The notes below the pieces were generated by a model, which was not told where the DNA came from, searched no databases, and saw only the letters and a list, made by a program, of their open reading frames with translations. The translations under genes were made by a program, and so were the position numbers. A stretch of DNA of 64,000 bases from Nannocystales bacterium (lineage in GTDB: Bacteria; Myxococcota_A; Polyangia; Nannocystales; Nannocystaceae): positions 128,001-192,000 of the forward strand of contig JBOEGF010000005.1 in NCBI GenBank assembly GCA_050633305.1, read 5' to 3'. Below, one piece after another: positions 40,114 through 50,016 of this stretch; the first letter of the stretch is position 1; every line of letters begins with the position of its first letter.

Positions 40114-41589
40114 CTACCAGCTGAACACACCCGAGGGGCCCTCAGCAGCCGGGTCGACTGCGAGTGTGCCTTCGGGCAGTGCGTTGACGTGCATGCCACG
40201 GGCTCGGGGCACCCGGACACACGTCGGGGTGTCGTCGAGGCGGCACGCCACGTAGACCTCGGGGCTGTCGTCCCGGGTGTTGGCACGCGCGAGGCCCAAG
40301 ACGTAGCGGCGCTCTTGGGATTCCGCGAGTTGGCGCGCGTACAGCCGGAGTTTGCCGAGCCGGGAGTTGCGGCGGGCATCGAAGAGAGGGGCGGAGAGCC
40401 ACCAGCCACCGGAGCCGTGCAACGCAAGACGGACTCCCCCTTCCTTCTTGGCGCGGACCATCTTCACGTCCGACCAGCCCTTGGGGAGCCGCTCGGCATC
40501 GAGCCGGGGCGGCTGATCGTGGCCCCGGCCGATTTTCTTTGCGCAACCGCCAATGCTGCGACAAAGCTTCGCGAGGGAGGATGGCCCCTCCAGGCTCAGC
40601 TCGAACGCTTCGGGCACAGGCTGGACGTCCCCGCACTGTACGGGGCTTGTCGTGTCCTCTTCGCACGCCTGCGCACAGGTCTGAACCGCGTCTGCCGCAA
40701 GCGTGTCGCGAACTCCGGTGTCGCAAGCGAGTTGGCAGCGGACCGCACAGGGTTGCTCAGCGGCGATCAGCTCGCGGGGGCTCTCACCCTCTCGAACCCC
40801 GCGAAGGAATCCGGTCAGTCCAGCGTCGCGCCACCGTGCACCCCGTTGTCGGTACACACCGGTCAGGCTGTCGGCGTCGGCTGCGAACGAGAACTCGATG
40901 ATGCCGTGGGGCCCGACGTTGCTCTCGAGATGAAACGCCGCTGTGGCGAAGGCTTCCCGGGAGCCGTCACCGAGCTCGAGCTGTGCCGACGCACGCTGCA
41001 GTCGCGCCTCGGAGAACATCCGGGCGGTGTAGCCGGTCTTGGTCAGCACTGCCGAGGCGACGCAGTTCTCGACGTCCACGTTGAGCGTGTAGAACCCGTT
41101 GAGGCCCGAGGACTGCACGACCCGCGACCCCGTGACCTCGGTTGTGAAGGTCCACTGGCCTCCGAGGTTCTCGAGTTTGGGGCAGCCCGCCGCAGCCACC
41201 GGTTCTGGCACGCGAGCGGGCTCCAATGCTGGTGGGGCCGCCGTGGTCGGGGGTTCAGCGGCGGGAGGGGATGCCGGAGTTGCGCTGATTGTGTTGTACG
41301 CGAGCGCGCCAACGCCCAGCGCCGCGGCAGTCCCGAGCATCGCGACCCACGGAACTCGGCGTGAGGGCGTGGGCTCCTCGAAGTGGAGCTCGGGATGGGT
41401 ATCTGCCGGCGGGCGCACGCTTCCGGGCTCGGTCCATTCGAGCGATGGCGTGTGGGTCTCGACGGCTGTGATCTCGGTCGACGACTCCGAAGGTCCTGGG
41501 ACAGGCGAGCGCAAAGGGGCACCGCACTCGCGGCATGCCTCATCTTCGGGCCGCGCTTTTGCGCCGCACAGCTCGCATCGTTCCGACAC
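40114..41589 (-). CDS. Zinc-ribbon, single-TM membrane protein
   Basis: N-terminal CELC..CREC, TM helix, Cys-containing extracytoplasmic part. Confidence 0.7.
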   Translation of the reverse strand: MSERCELCGAKARPEDEACRECGAPLRSPVPGPSESSTEITAVETHTPSLEWTEPGSVRPPADTHPELHFEEPTPSRRVPWVAMLGTAAALGVGALAYNTISATPASPPAAEPPTTAAPPALEPARVPEPVAAAGCPKLENLGGQWTFTTEVTGSRVVQSSGLNGFYTLNVDVENCVASAVLTKTGYTARMFSEARLQRASAQLELGDGSREAFATAAFHLESNVGPHGIIEFSFAADADSLTGVYRQRGARWRDAGLTGFLRGVREGESPRELIAAEQPCAVRCQLACDTGVRDTLAADAVQTCAQACEEDTTSPVQCGDVQPVPEAFELSLEGPSSLAKLCRSIGGCAKKIGRGHDQPPRLDAERLPKGWSDVKMVRAKKEGGVRLALHGSGGWWLSAPLFDARRNSRLGKLRLYARQLAESQERRYVLGLARANTRDDSPEVYVACRLDDTPTCVRVPRARGMHVNALPEGTLAVDPAAEGPSGVFSW

Positions 41590-41648
41590 CAGCCTCTACT
41601 TTAATGGACGATCGGTCTCCGCTCCAAGCCGATCGGCAGCATCAGGCT

Positions 41649-42413
41649 CTATAAGAGGTACAGCGTCACCTGAACGGTTGCCGACCACGGCCGTGGAAAG
41701 GTGCGTCGGCGCGCGCGAGCGATCGCCGCATCGCCCGCGTCCACGATATCGACCGTGTTGGCGCACTCTTCGGTGCTTCCCTGGCGGAGGCACTGACTGC
41801 CGCCAAAGGGGACCACGATGTCGGCGCGCGGTCCGACCGCAACCCGCCGACCGACGTAGACATCGATGCCGACACTGGGCATGACCGCGCCGCGTTGGTA
41901 CCGAAGCTCGAAGCTGCGTTGGTCCGAGCGGAATCGTTGTTCCACTCGCGAGTACCCGAACGCGACTCCAACGTGCGGGTCGACGCGCCCGAGGTCGACA
42001 GGGTGGAGGGCCACACCCACCCCTGCCTGGAAGAACGTCAGTCCGCCCCGGATCCCGGTGACCAGACCATCTGCGTCCTCGAACGCCGGGAGGTCGAGCC
42101 GTCCCCCGCCGCCATCGACGGTGAGCCACAGGCTGTACAACCCCGCGCGGTAGCCGACGTCGAGCCTCCCGATGCCGCCCATGGGGATGTCGCTACACAG
42201 TGGCTGTGCGCAGTGGACCAACCCGGTGCTACCGCGAAGCATCAACCCTCGGCGGCGCCACGCGGGCCATCGAGCGGGGGCCGGGGGCGGGGGTGGTGCC
42301 GCCGCATGGTTCGGTTGTGCCTCCTGCGATCGGGTCCGGGAGCCCGAAGATCCTTCGCTGTCGACAGGCGCGCTACCGAGCAAAGACAACGCGGCGACCG
42401 TCGCGGCAAGCAC
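41649..42413 (-). CDS. Putative small outer-membrane beta-barrel protein
   Basis: Signal peptide; amphipathic strands (RVDPHVGVAFGY, SVGIDVYV); ends VQVTLYLL. Confidence 0.6.
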   Translation of the reverse strand: MLAATVAALSLLGSAPVDSEGSSGSRTRSQEAQPNHAAAPPPPPAPARWPAWRRRGLMLRGSTGLVHCAQPLCSDIPMGGIGRLDVGYRAGLYSLWLTVDGGGGRLDLPAFEDADGLVTGIRGGLTFFQAGVGVALHPVDLGRVDPHVGVAFGYSRVEQRFRSDQRSFELRYQRGAVMPSVGIDVYVGRRVAVGPRADIVVPFGGSQCLRQGSTEECANTVDIVDAGDAAIARARRRTFPRPWSATVQVTLYLL

Positions 42414-42737
42414 GGACGCAGACTACCAGTCACCCGGTTCGTTCCAGACACAGCGACGGTGGAGCGTGCGCCGAGGGACGGCTCATCCTCGAGATTCCCA
42501 ACTTCAGCGGGGACCCTCGGCCACGCCGGGCACGCGGCCGCGAGCCACGGGTGGATGGGATCCTGTGCGCAAGGACACGGGAGTTGTCAGGTGCCATGAA
42601 AACCGAACGAAAACAGGTCTTTGAAGTCCGCGAACGCCGGCTCGATGCGGGCTCGCTTAACCAGTCGCCTCGGCGGTTGAACGATGGGCTTTGGTCGGTA
42701 TGCTGCCGCCCTCCCCGTCGCGGAGGGCAGGCCATCG

Positions 42738-44417
42738 ATGAGCTTTCTGACCACGATTTTCGAGAATCTGCGGACGAAACCCGAGCTGACCAAGCTCATC
42801 GAGGTGCACGCCACAACCCTGCGGGGGACCGACGGCAACGGCATGCTCGACTTGATCGCGCGGGCTCGCGGTTCGCTGGCCGATGCGGGCGTGGAGCCGG
42901 GGGACCGGGTCGCCATCCTCGCGCCCAACTCGGTGCGCTGGGTGTCTGCCGACCTCGCCGCGATCGCGGCGGGAGCGATCACCGTCCCGTTGTACGACCG
43001 CCAGGAGCCCAAGGACTTGGCGGGCATGCTCAGCAACTGCCGGCCGAAGGTCCTGATGGCGGGGAGTGAAGCCCTCGCCAAGGCTGTCTCCGAGGCGTGG
43101 GAGGGGAGCGGCGACTGCAAGATCATCACCTTCGACACGCTGTTCGACCACGAGCCCTCCGAAGCGGCTCCACGTGAACTGGCACCGGACGACACCGTCG
43201 CCATCATTTATACGTCGGGAACCAGCGGCGAGCCCAAGGGCGTCATGCTGTCGCGGGCCAACATCGACTTCATGTTGCCGAAGACCGCCGCTCGTCTGGG
43301 CGCGGTGTCCAAGCCCAAGGACGGTCCGGACCGGGTCTTTCACTTCTTGCCGTTCTGTTTTGCCGCAAGTCGGATCACCTTGTGGACGCAGCTCTCGCGT
43401 CCCAACCCGATGATGATCTCGACCGACCTCAACAAGTTGGTGGTCGAGATGGCGACGGCCAAGCCCAACTACTTCCTCAACGTCCCGGCCGTCTTGGAGA
43501 AGATTCGTTCCGGCGTTGGGGCGAAGATCAAGGAGCGCGGTGGCATCGGTCTCGAGCTCTACACGCGAGGAATCGATGGCTACAAAGCTACGGTGGCGGG
43601 AAATGCCGGCTTCGTGCAGAAGGCCGCACTGGCCCTCGCCGAGAAGGTTGTCTTCACCAAGATTCGCGACCAGATTGGGCCCAACCTCGAGTTCCTGATC
43701 AGCGGCTCGGCGCCGCTGTCCGAGGACACCCAGCGCTGGTTTCAGATGCTCGGCATCCCCGTCTACCAGGCGTACGGCCTGACTGAGACCACGGGCATCG
43801 TGTCGCTGGATCAGCCCGACCGCACGGTGCCCGGCCGGGTGGGCATTCCGCTGGAGGGTGTGCAAACGAAGCTCTCCGAAGAAGGCGAGCTGCTCGTCAA
43901 GGGTCCACACATCTTCTCCGGGTACTGGGAGAAGGACGAGGAGACCAAGCGGGCACTCTCCGATGGCTGGTTCCACACCGGGGACCAGGTCGACATCGAG
44001 GACGGCAACCTCAAGATCATCGGGCGCATCAAGAACCTGTTGGTGCCCGAGTCGGGCCACAACATCGCGCCCGAGCCTATCGAAGAGAAGTTCCTCGAGC
44101 ATTGCGACGGCGCAGAACAGGCGGTCCTCGTGGGCCACGCCAAGCCGTTCCTGTCGGTCATCGTTACCGGAAAGCCAACCGAGGGCGCGATCGAGAAGGC
44201 GCTGGAGACCGTTAACGCGGACAAACCGTTCTACAAGCGCATCAAGCAATCCATCGTGGTCGACGAGACGTTCACGCCCGAGAACGGGCTGCTGACCGCG
44301 AACCAGAAGCTGCGCCGTGCAGTCATCGAGAAACACTTCAGCACCGAGATCGAGGCGGTGTACGAGGCGTTCCGAGCCGAGAAGGAAGAGAAGGCTCGCA
44401 TGGAGGCAGCGCGCTGA
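42738..44417 (+). CDS. Long-chain acyl-CoA synthetase / AMP-binding enzyme 1
   Basis: IIYTSGTSGEPKGV, YGLTE, WFHTGD, GRIKNL. Confidence 0.93.
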   Translation: MSFLTTIFENLRTKPELTKLIEVHATTLRGTDGNGMLDLIARARGSLADAGVEPGDRVAILAPNSVRWVSADLAAIAAGAITVPLYDRQEPKDLAGMLSNCRPKVLMAGSEALAKAVSEAWEGSGDCKIITFDTLFDHEPSEAAPRELAPDDTVAIIYTSGTSGEPKGVMLSRANIDFMLPKTAARLGAVSKPKDGPDRVFHFLPFCFAASRITLWTQLSRPNPMMISTDLNKLVVEMATAKPNYFLNVPAVLEKIRSGVGAKIKERGGIGLELYTRGIDGYKATVAGNAGFVQKAALALAEKVVFTKIRDQIGPNLEFLISGSAPLSEDTQRWFQMLGIPVYQAYGLTETTGIVSLDQPDRTVPGRVGIPLEGVQTKLSEEGELLVKGPHIFSGYWEKDEETKRALSDGWFHTGDQVDIEDGNLKIIGRIKNLLVPESGHNIAPEPIEEKFLEHCDGAEQAVLVGHAKPFLSVIVTGKPTEGAIEKALETVNADKPFYKRIKQSIVVDETFTPENGLLTANQKLRRAVIEKHFSTEIEAVYEAFRAEKEEKARMEAAR

Positions 44418-45193
44418 TGATTCGCTGGACACTTCGCGACGGGACGTACGAGCTCGAGCTGGGACGGGATCCCTGCAATGAAATCGGCACCACGGTGCTG
44501 GGCGAGCTGGAGCGCTTCCTCGATCAAGTCGACACGGAGAACGCCTCCGCGTTGATCATTCACAGCACGGTCCGTGGTGGGTTCTCGGCTGGGGCCGACC
44601 TTCGCGAGCTCTACAACGGGTTCATGGATGTGCCCGAGAAGGAGCAGGAGCCGCGCCTGCGCGAGTTCATCGATCGCATTCACAGCGTGATGGACCGGCT
44701 CGACATGCTGCCGTTGACCACCATCGGCGTGGTGCATGGCATCTGTTTCGGTGGCGGTTTTGAGCTTGCGCTCACCTGCGACATCCTCATCGCGGAGAAG
44801 AGCGCGCGGTTCGCATTCCCCGAGCTGCGCTTGGGCATCGTTCCCGGGTTCGGGGGCATCCCGCGGCTACGCCGCGACGTCTCCAACGCCGTTGTGCGCG
44901 ACCTGCTGCTCACCGGTCGCTCGATCAACGCGAAGAAGGCCGTCGCGTGCGGCCTGGTCAGTCAGATGGTTCCCGCCGGCGCAGGCCTTCGCGCCGCCCG
45001 AAAAACGGCTGAGCAGGCCAACAAGTTCGACCCCGAGTCGCGTCGTTCCTGCAAGGCCTTCATGAAGCCGTTGCCGACCGAGCAGCTGGCGGAGGAGAAG
45101 GAGTTGTTCGTTCGGCTCGCTCTTCGCCCCGTGCTCCAAGCCGCCCTCAAGAAATTCGTCGAGAGCGACGACCCACGTCCCTACCTTCCCTAG
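44417..45193 (+). CDS. Enoyl-CoA hydratase/isomerase (crotonase)
   Basis: FSAGADL, CFGGGFELALTCD, FAFPELRLGIVPGFGG with both catalytic Glu; TGATG overlap with the upstream gene. Confidence 0.92.
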   Translation: MIRWTLRDGTYELELGRDPCNEIGTTVLGELERFLDQVDTENASALIIHSTVRGGFSAGADLRELYNGFMDVPEKEQEPRLREFIDRIHSVMDRLDMLPLTTIGVVHGICFGGGFELALTCDILIAEKSARFAFPELRLGIVPGFGGIPRLRRDVSNAVVRDLLLTGRSINAKKAVACGLVSQMVPAGAGLRAARKTAEQANKFDPESRRSCKAFMKPLPTEQLAEEKELFVRLALRPVLQAALKKFVESDDPRPYLP

Positions 45194-45203
45194 GCCCACG
45201 ATC

Positions 45204-45437
45204 ATGTCTGCCAGTTTCGACCGACTCTCCCAGCTTTGCGCCAAGCGCTACTCCGTCGACGCTTCGAGCATCACGCCCGAAGGCGACGTCTTCGAGACTC
45301 TGAAGATCGACAGCTTCCAGGCGGCGGAACTCATGAGCGAACTCGAGATGGAGTTCGACGTCGAGATCCCCGACTACGAGCTCCAAGACATCAAGACCTT
45401 CGGCGCCCTGTCGGGTGCCATCGACGCCCGCCTCTAG
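45204..45437 (+). CDS. Acyl carrier protein
   Basis: 77 aa, acidic, LKIDSFQAAEL Ppant-Ser motif, FDVEIPD. Confidence 0.9.
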   Translation: MSASFDRLSQLCAKRYSVDASSITPEGDVFETLKIDSFQAAELMSELEMEFDVEIPDYELQDIKTFGALSGAIDARL

Positions 45438-45462
45438 CACTCGCAGCCTAGGCCTCATCATC

Positions 45463-47172
45463 ATGCTCACGCTTGATCGCATTTCATGCGTCGGAGAGGC
45501 GATTCGCGACGCGATCGTCACCTTCAAGACCAACACCGCTCTCATCGAGGCGGACCGCCATCGGGAGAATGGTCGCTGGACCTACCGCGAGCTTCGCCAG
45601 GAGGCAGAACGTTTTGGTGCGTTGCTGCAGTCCGACGGGTTTGGGTCTGGGGACCGCTGCGCGATCGTGATGCAGAACCAGGCCAAGTGGGTCGTGTCCG
45701 GCTTGGGCGCGGTCTGGGTCGGTGCGGTGCTGGTTCCGATCGACTACAAGCTCACGGTGTCCGAGCAGTTGTCCTTGCTGGACCACTGCAAGCCCAAGGT
45801 GCTCGTCACCGAGTATTCGACGTGGGTCAAGATGATGCGCGAGGAGCTCGCCGTCCTGTCGGGCACGAAGGTGCTCGTGACCGAGGCGCCCGAGGGGGCG
45901 GATCTGGGGGTGGCGCATCGGTGGGAGAGCGAAACCTCCCACGCGTTCACGCTGCAGTACCGGTCGCGCGAAGACGTCGCGAGCATCGTGTACAGCTCGG
46001 GCACGTCGGGCACACCCAAGGGCTGCATGCTCACGCATGACAACTACCTGACGCAGGCCCAGGTGCTCGGCCGCATGTACCCGATCGCCGAGGATGAGCG
46101 GTTCTTCTCGATCCTCCCGACGAACCACGCGATCGACTTCATGCTCGGCTTCTTGATGCCGCTGATGATGGGTGCGTCGGTGCTCCACCAGCGCTCGCTT
46201 CGTCCGCAGTTCATCCGCTCGTCGCTCAAGCAGTACGAGGTCACCCACTTGGCGGTGGTTCCGACGATCCTCAAGAACCTCGAGAAGAGGATCCGAGATC
46301 GGCTCGATGATCTCGAGGACCGCCCACGCAAGGCGGTGGATACCGCGATCAAGGCGAACGACTTCCTCACGGCTCGCAAGCCGAACCACAAGCTGTCACG
46401 TTGGCTGCTCAAGCCGATTCATGACGAACTCGGGGGAAACCTCAAGCGGGTGTTCGCAGGTGGAACGTTTGTGGATCGCAAGCTCGTCGAGTTCTTCTAC
46501 GAACTCGGGATCCCGGTCGCGATCGGCTACGGCCTGACCGAAGCCACGACGGTCATCTCGGTCAACGACCTGGAGCCCTTCCGAAGCACAACCGTCGGCA
46601 AGCCCGTCGATGGCGTCGAGGTTGAGATCCGCAACGCCAACGATGAGGGCGTGGGGGAGGTCTGGGTCCGAGGAGCGACTGTGATGAAGGGCTACCTCGA
46701 TGCCCCCGAACTCACCCAAGAAGCGATCGTCGACGGGTGGCTGCGCACCGGTGACCTCGGGAGCCTGGATGTGTCCGGTCACCTCTCGCTGCGAGGCCGG
46801 GCGAAGAACATGATCGTCACGGAGGGCGGCAAGAACATCCACCCCGAGGACATCGAGTCAGCGTTCGATGCTCTCCCCGGATGCGAGGAACTCTGCGTCT
46901 TCGCGGCGAACTTCATCTGGCCAACCGGGACGATGACCGACGAGCAGCTGGTGGTCGTCCTTCGGCCCGACACCGACGCCGATGTCGAGGCGATGGTGCA
47001 GGAACTTGTCGCACGCAATCGCAAGCTCCCCGACTTCAAGCGAGTCTCCGGCTACATCGTCCGCAAGGACGACTTCCCGGCGACGGCTTCGCTCAAGGTC
47101 AAGCGCGGGGTACTCGCGGACGAGTTGCGCTCGCTCCCGAGGTCTGAGGCCATCATCTCGCTCGACGCTTAG
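45463..47172 (+). CDS. Long-chain acyl-CoA/ACP synthetase / AMP-binding enzyme 2
   Basis: VYSSGTSGTPKG, GYGLTE, WLRTGDLG, GRAKNMIVTEGGKNIHPEDIE. Confidence 0.93.
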   Translation: MLTLDRISCVGEAIRDAIVTFKTNTALIEADRHRENGRWTYRELRQEAERFGALLQSDGFGSGDRCAIVMQNQAKWVVSGLGAVWVGAVLVPIDYKLTVSEQLSLLDHCKPKVLVTEYSTWVKMMREELAVLSGTKVLVTEAPEGADLGVAHRWESETSHAFTLQYRSREDVASIVYSSGTSGTPKGCMLTHDNYLTQAQVLGRMYPIAEDERFFSILPTNHAIDFMLGFLMPLMMGASVLHQRSLRPQFIRSSLKQYEVTHLAVVPTILKNLEKRIRDRLDDLEDRPRKAVDTAIKANDFLTARKPNHKLSRWLLKPIHDELGGNLKRVFAGGTFVDRKLVEFFYELGIPVAIGYGLTEATTVISVNDLEPFRSTTVGKPVDGVEVEIRNANDEGVGEVWVRGATVMKGYLDAPELTQEAIVDGWLRTGDLGSLDVSGHLSLRGRAKNMIVTEGGKNIHPEDIESAFDALPGCEELCVFAANFIWPTGTMTDEQLVVVLRPDTDADVEAMVQELVARNRKLPDFKRVSGYIVRKDDFPATASLKVKRGVLADELRSLPRSEAIISLDA

Positions 47173-47293
47173 GTTGCTCATCTGGAGACTGCGGCCCGCC
47201 GGCCACCTCAGTGGGGAGTCGGGGGGTCGTTTTGTCCCAGTTCCACGGACGCGTCCCGTTGATCGAATCGCGACGTTGAGGCACTTCCCCGCT

Positions 47294-47758
47294 ATGAACA
47301 CCTTCTTACGGGTACGCGGACTCCTCGTCCTGGCAACGCTGCTGGGCAGTGGCGGCTGCATCATCGTCGACGACAGCGACGATGATGATTCGGGCACGAC
47401 CGGTGCTGGGACGAGCGGAGCAACATCGGGAACAAGCGGCTCCGAGTCGACCTCCGATGGCGCCGCCGAGAGTGGCTCGTCCGGCGCGGCGTTGGACTGC
47501 TCTCGGTGCGACGCGGATGCCGAGCCCGACGTCCTGTGTCACAGCTCGTACGACGCGGCTGCGGACCTGTGCGTGTGCGACGCGGGATTCGAGTTCTCCG
47601 GCAACGACTTCGAGTGTGTGCCGGTCGAGGGAACCGGAGGTTCGGACTGCGGAACCGACCCCAACATCATGGTGGCGGCCGATGGCTCGTGTGTGTGCGT
47701 CGAGGGCTGGAACTTCTGTACCACCGACCCCGACGACTTCTCCTGCTGCGAGGCGTAG
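47294..47758 (+). CDS. Small Cys-rich (EGF-like) lipoprotein
   Basis: GSGGC lipobox; CVCDAGF and CVCVEGW EGF-like units. Confidence 0.75.
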   Translation: MNTFLRVRGLLVLATLLGSGGCIIVDDSDDDDSGTTGAGTSGATSGTSGSESTSDGAAESGSSGAALDCSRCDADAEPDVLCHSSYDAAADLCVCDAGFEFSGNDFECVPVEGTGGSDCGTDPNIMVAADGSCVCVEGWNFCTTDPDDFSCCEA

Positions 47759-47792
47759 CAGGGCCTCCCGGCGTCCGCTATGGTCGGCCGCG

Positions 47793-49052
47793 ATGACGGG
47801 GACAGACGAAGCGCAGCCCAAGCCTGACCAGTTTGGCGGCCCCATGGGCGCGCTGGCACTGAGCATCGTGATGCCGCTGGCGGGGTTCTACTTGTGGGCC
47901 GCCCTGGAGCACCATGACGGGTCGATGTGGCTGCCACGGTCCGCATCCGACGTGCTCTCGATGTTCCCCGCGCCGACCGTGCAAGCGATCTTGCTGTTCG
48001 TGGCATTCGTCGCCGTGCACGGGGTGCTGTACGCCTTCGGGCCGGGCAAGGTTGTGCAGGGGAGGCCCGCGCCCAATGGGGAGCAGGCCGAGTACCGGAT
48101 CAATGGGCTGTTCGCGTTCGTCGTCACCACGATTGGCCTGGTCGCTGCGTTGTTCTTCGACCTGTTGTCGGCCAAGACGGTCCTCGACCAGTGGGGACCG
48201 TTGCTCATGGTGGCGACGTTGTTCTCGGTGGTTGCCTCGGGGATTTGCTACGTGGCCGGACTCCGTCGTGGCTCGCTGGAGCGCAGCACGGGCAATGTCA
48301 TCTACGACTTCTTCATGGGGACGATCCTCAACCCCCGCATGGGTCGGCACGACTTGAAGTTCTTCTTCGAGTCTCGGGTGGGGATGGGAGGCTGGGCTGC
48401 GTTTGCCGTGTTGCTTCCTGCCGCGCAGATCGAGACGCAGGGCTCATTGTCCACGGCCATGGTGGTCGTGACGCTGTGTCAGGCGCTGTACATTGTCGAC
48501 TTCTTCGTGCTCGAGGCAAACCTGCTGTCGATGATCGACATCATCGAAGAGAACCTCGGATTCATGCTGTGGATCGCGTTCCTGGTGTGGATGCCGTTCA
48601 ACTTCACGATTCAGCAGCAGTACATCTTGGCGGCGGAGCCCTCGCTGTCCACGCCCGCAGCGATAGGCTTGCTGCTGCTCAACGCTGGCGGCTACTACAT
48701 CTTCCGCAGCGCCAACCTCCAAAAACAACAGTTCCGGCGCGATCCAAGCCGCCCGATTTGGGGGAAGACGCCGCAGAGCATGCAGACCAAGCGCGGCACG
48801 AAGTTGCTGTTGTCGGGCTGGTGGGGCATCGCTCGACACGCGAACTACCTCGGCGACATGTTGATGGCGGCGGCGTGGTGTCTCGCCTGCGGCCTGGGCA
48901 GCATCGTCCCGTTCTTCTACGTGATCTACTTCGTGCCCTTGCTTCTCGATCGGGAGCGGCGGGACCACACGATCTGTCAGCGGAAGTACGGCGCCGACTG
49001 GGACCGCTACTGCGAGAAGGTCCCCTACCGGATCATCCCGTTCGTGTACTGA
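47793..49052 (+). CDS. ERG4/ERG24-family sterol reductase (delta14- or delta7-reductase)
   Basis: FGGP, YRING, GNVIYDFFMG..LNPR, LLLSGWWGIARHANYLGD, KYG..W..YC..VPYRIIP family signatures. Confidence 0.92.
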   Translation: MTGTDEAQPKPDQFGGPMGALALSIVMPLAGFYLWAALEHHDGSMWLPRSASDVLSMFPAPTVQAILLFVAFVAVHGVLYAFGPGKVVQGRPAPNGEQAEYRINGLFAFVVTTIGLVAALFFDLLSAKTVLDQWGPLLMVATLFSVVASGICYVAGLRRGSLERSTGNVIYDFFMGTILNPRMGRHDLKFFFESRVGMGGWAAFAVLLPAAQIETQGSLSTAMVVVTLCQALYIVDFFVLEANLLSMIDIIEENLGFMLWIAFLVWMPFNFTIQQQYILAAEPSLSTPAAIGLLLLNAGGYYIFRSANLQKQQFRRDPSRPIWGKTPQSMQTKRGTKLLLSGWWGIARHANYLGDMLMAAAWCLACGLGSIVPFFYVIYFVPLLLDRERRDHTICQRKYGADWDRYCEKVPYRIIPFVY

Positions 49053-49071
49053 GGTTGTCCCGCTCCGCCCT

Positions 49072-49101
49072 CGTCGCGGGCCCCTGCTGAGTTCCGCGAC
49101 G
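49072..49101. terminator. Possible hairpin between convergent genes
   Basis: CGTCGCGG...CCGCGACG 8-bp stem with no U-tract. Confidence 0.3.
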
Positions 49102-49130
49102 TTGCGCAGTCGTGGGCTATCAAGACGCTG

Positions 49131-49889
49131 CTAGCGGTTCTTGGGGCCGGGCAGGGGGCGACGGCCGGGTTTCCCGAGCGGCTTCTTGGTGGGCTTCTTG
49201 GTGGGCTTGGCGGCCTCGCGCTTCGTGGATTTCTTGGCGCGCAGGGTCTTGCGGGCTTGCGCGACGGCCGTAGCCTCGCCGGACGCTGAGGACTTGATGG
49301 TGTACTTGTGCGCGTTGGTACCCCACCGCTGGTTGTTGAGGTGGATGAGCGGGATGGTGCCTTCAACCCCGGTAAAGGTCTCCTTGTAGCTGGTCTTGCC
49401 TTTCTTGCTCAAGACGACCTTCTTGTACTCGACGTCGTTTCCATCCTCGTCCACGAAGCAGATCTTCATGGTGAGGTTCTTCTTTGCCTTGCCGCCGGTT
49501 CGCTTCAGCTCGATCGTGTAGTTGCTGTTGACGACCGGGGTGCCGACGAACTGGCGCTCTGTCGAGACCGCTCCGGTTTGAGTTCGGTTTGCAGGAAGCG
49601 CTCGCGGACCGATCTTCCAGCCGCCGTCTTCCCCCTCGTTCCAGGTGTCCTTGATCTCTTTGCTCGTCTTCGCGAACTTCTCGAGGTCGTCGATGCACTT
49701 TTGGGCGGCCGCTTCGTCCTTGGTATTGGCCTTCTTGCAGACGAACTTCCCCACAGGGACGTAGAACTTCGAAATCTTGCTGCCCGCCTTCACCCAACCG
49801 GATTTGCAACTCGTTCCGGCATGAGCTGCGGTCGGGATGATGGTGATCAGGGCGGCCAGTGTGGTTGCGGTGAGGATTCGGTTCAACAT
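49131..49889 (-). CDS. Secreted Lys-rich hypothetical protein (candidate module C target)
   Basis: Signal peptide ending AAHA; strong codon bias; lies downstream of the module C sigma. Confidence 0.8.
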   Translation of the reverse strand: MLNRILTATTLAALITIIPTAAHAGTSCKSGWVKAGSKISKFYVPVGKFVCKKANTKDEAAAQKCIDDLEKFAKTSKEIKDTWNEGEDGGWKIGPRALPANRTQTGAVSTERQFVGTPVVNSNYTIELKRTGGKAKKNLTMKICFVDEDGNDVEYKKVVLSKKGKTSYKETFTGVEGTIPLIHLNNQRWGTNAHKYTIKSSASGEATAVAQARKTLRAKKSTKREAAKPTKKPTKKPLGKPGRRPLPGPKNR

Positions 49890-50016
49890 GGGACTGCGAT
49901 GCTTCCTGTCCACCGTGCCTGGCGGACCCACCCAACAAGAGTCCGGTGACCCGGTGGCGGATTGCATCGCATCAAGATTTTCTTCCAGCTCTCCGGCTGG
50001 GACCCCAAGGTGGTGG

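Noticed and set aside
42450..42620. Possible riboswitch upstream of the ligase operon (CCGAGGG...CCCTCGG stem, TCAGGTGCC)
   Set aside because: Only fragmentary resemblance to known aptamers, and short GC stems are expected by chance. An Infernal/Rfam search would be needed.
42657..44432. 591-aa minus-strand ORF
   Set aside because: Antisense shadow of the acyl-CoA synthetase gene.
42738..47172. NRPS/PKS cluster
   Set aside because: No ketosynthase, condensation or thioesterase domain; the adenylating enzymes are of the fatty acyl ligase type.
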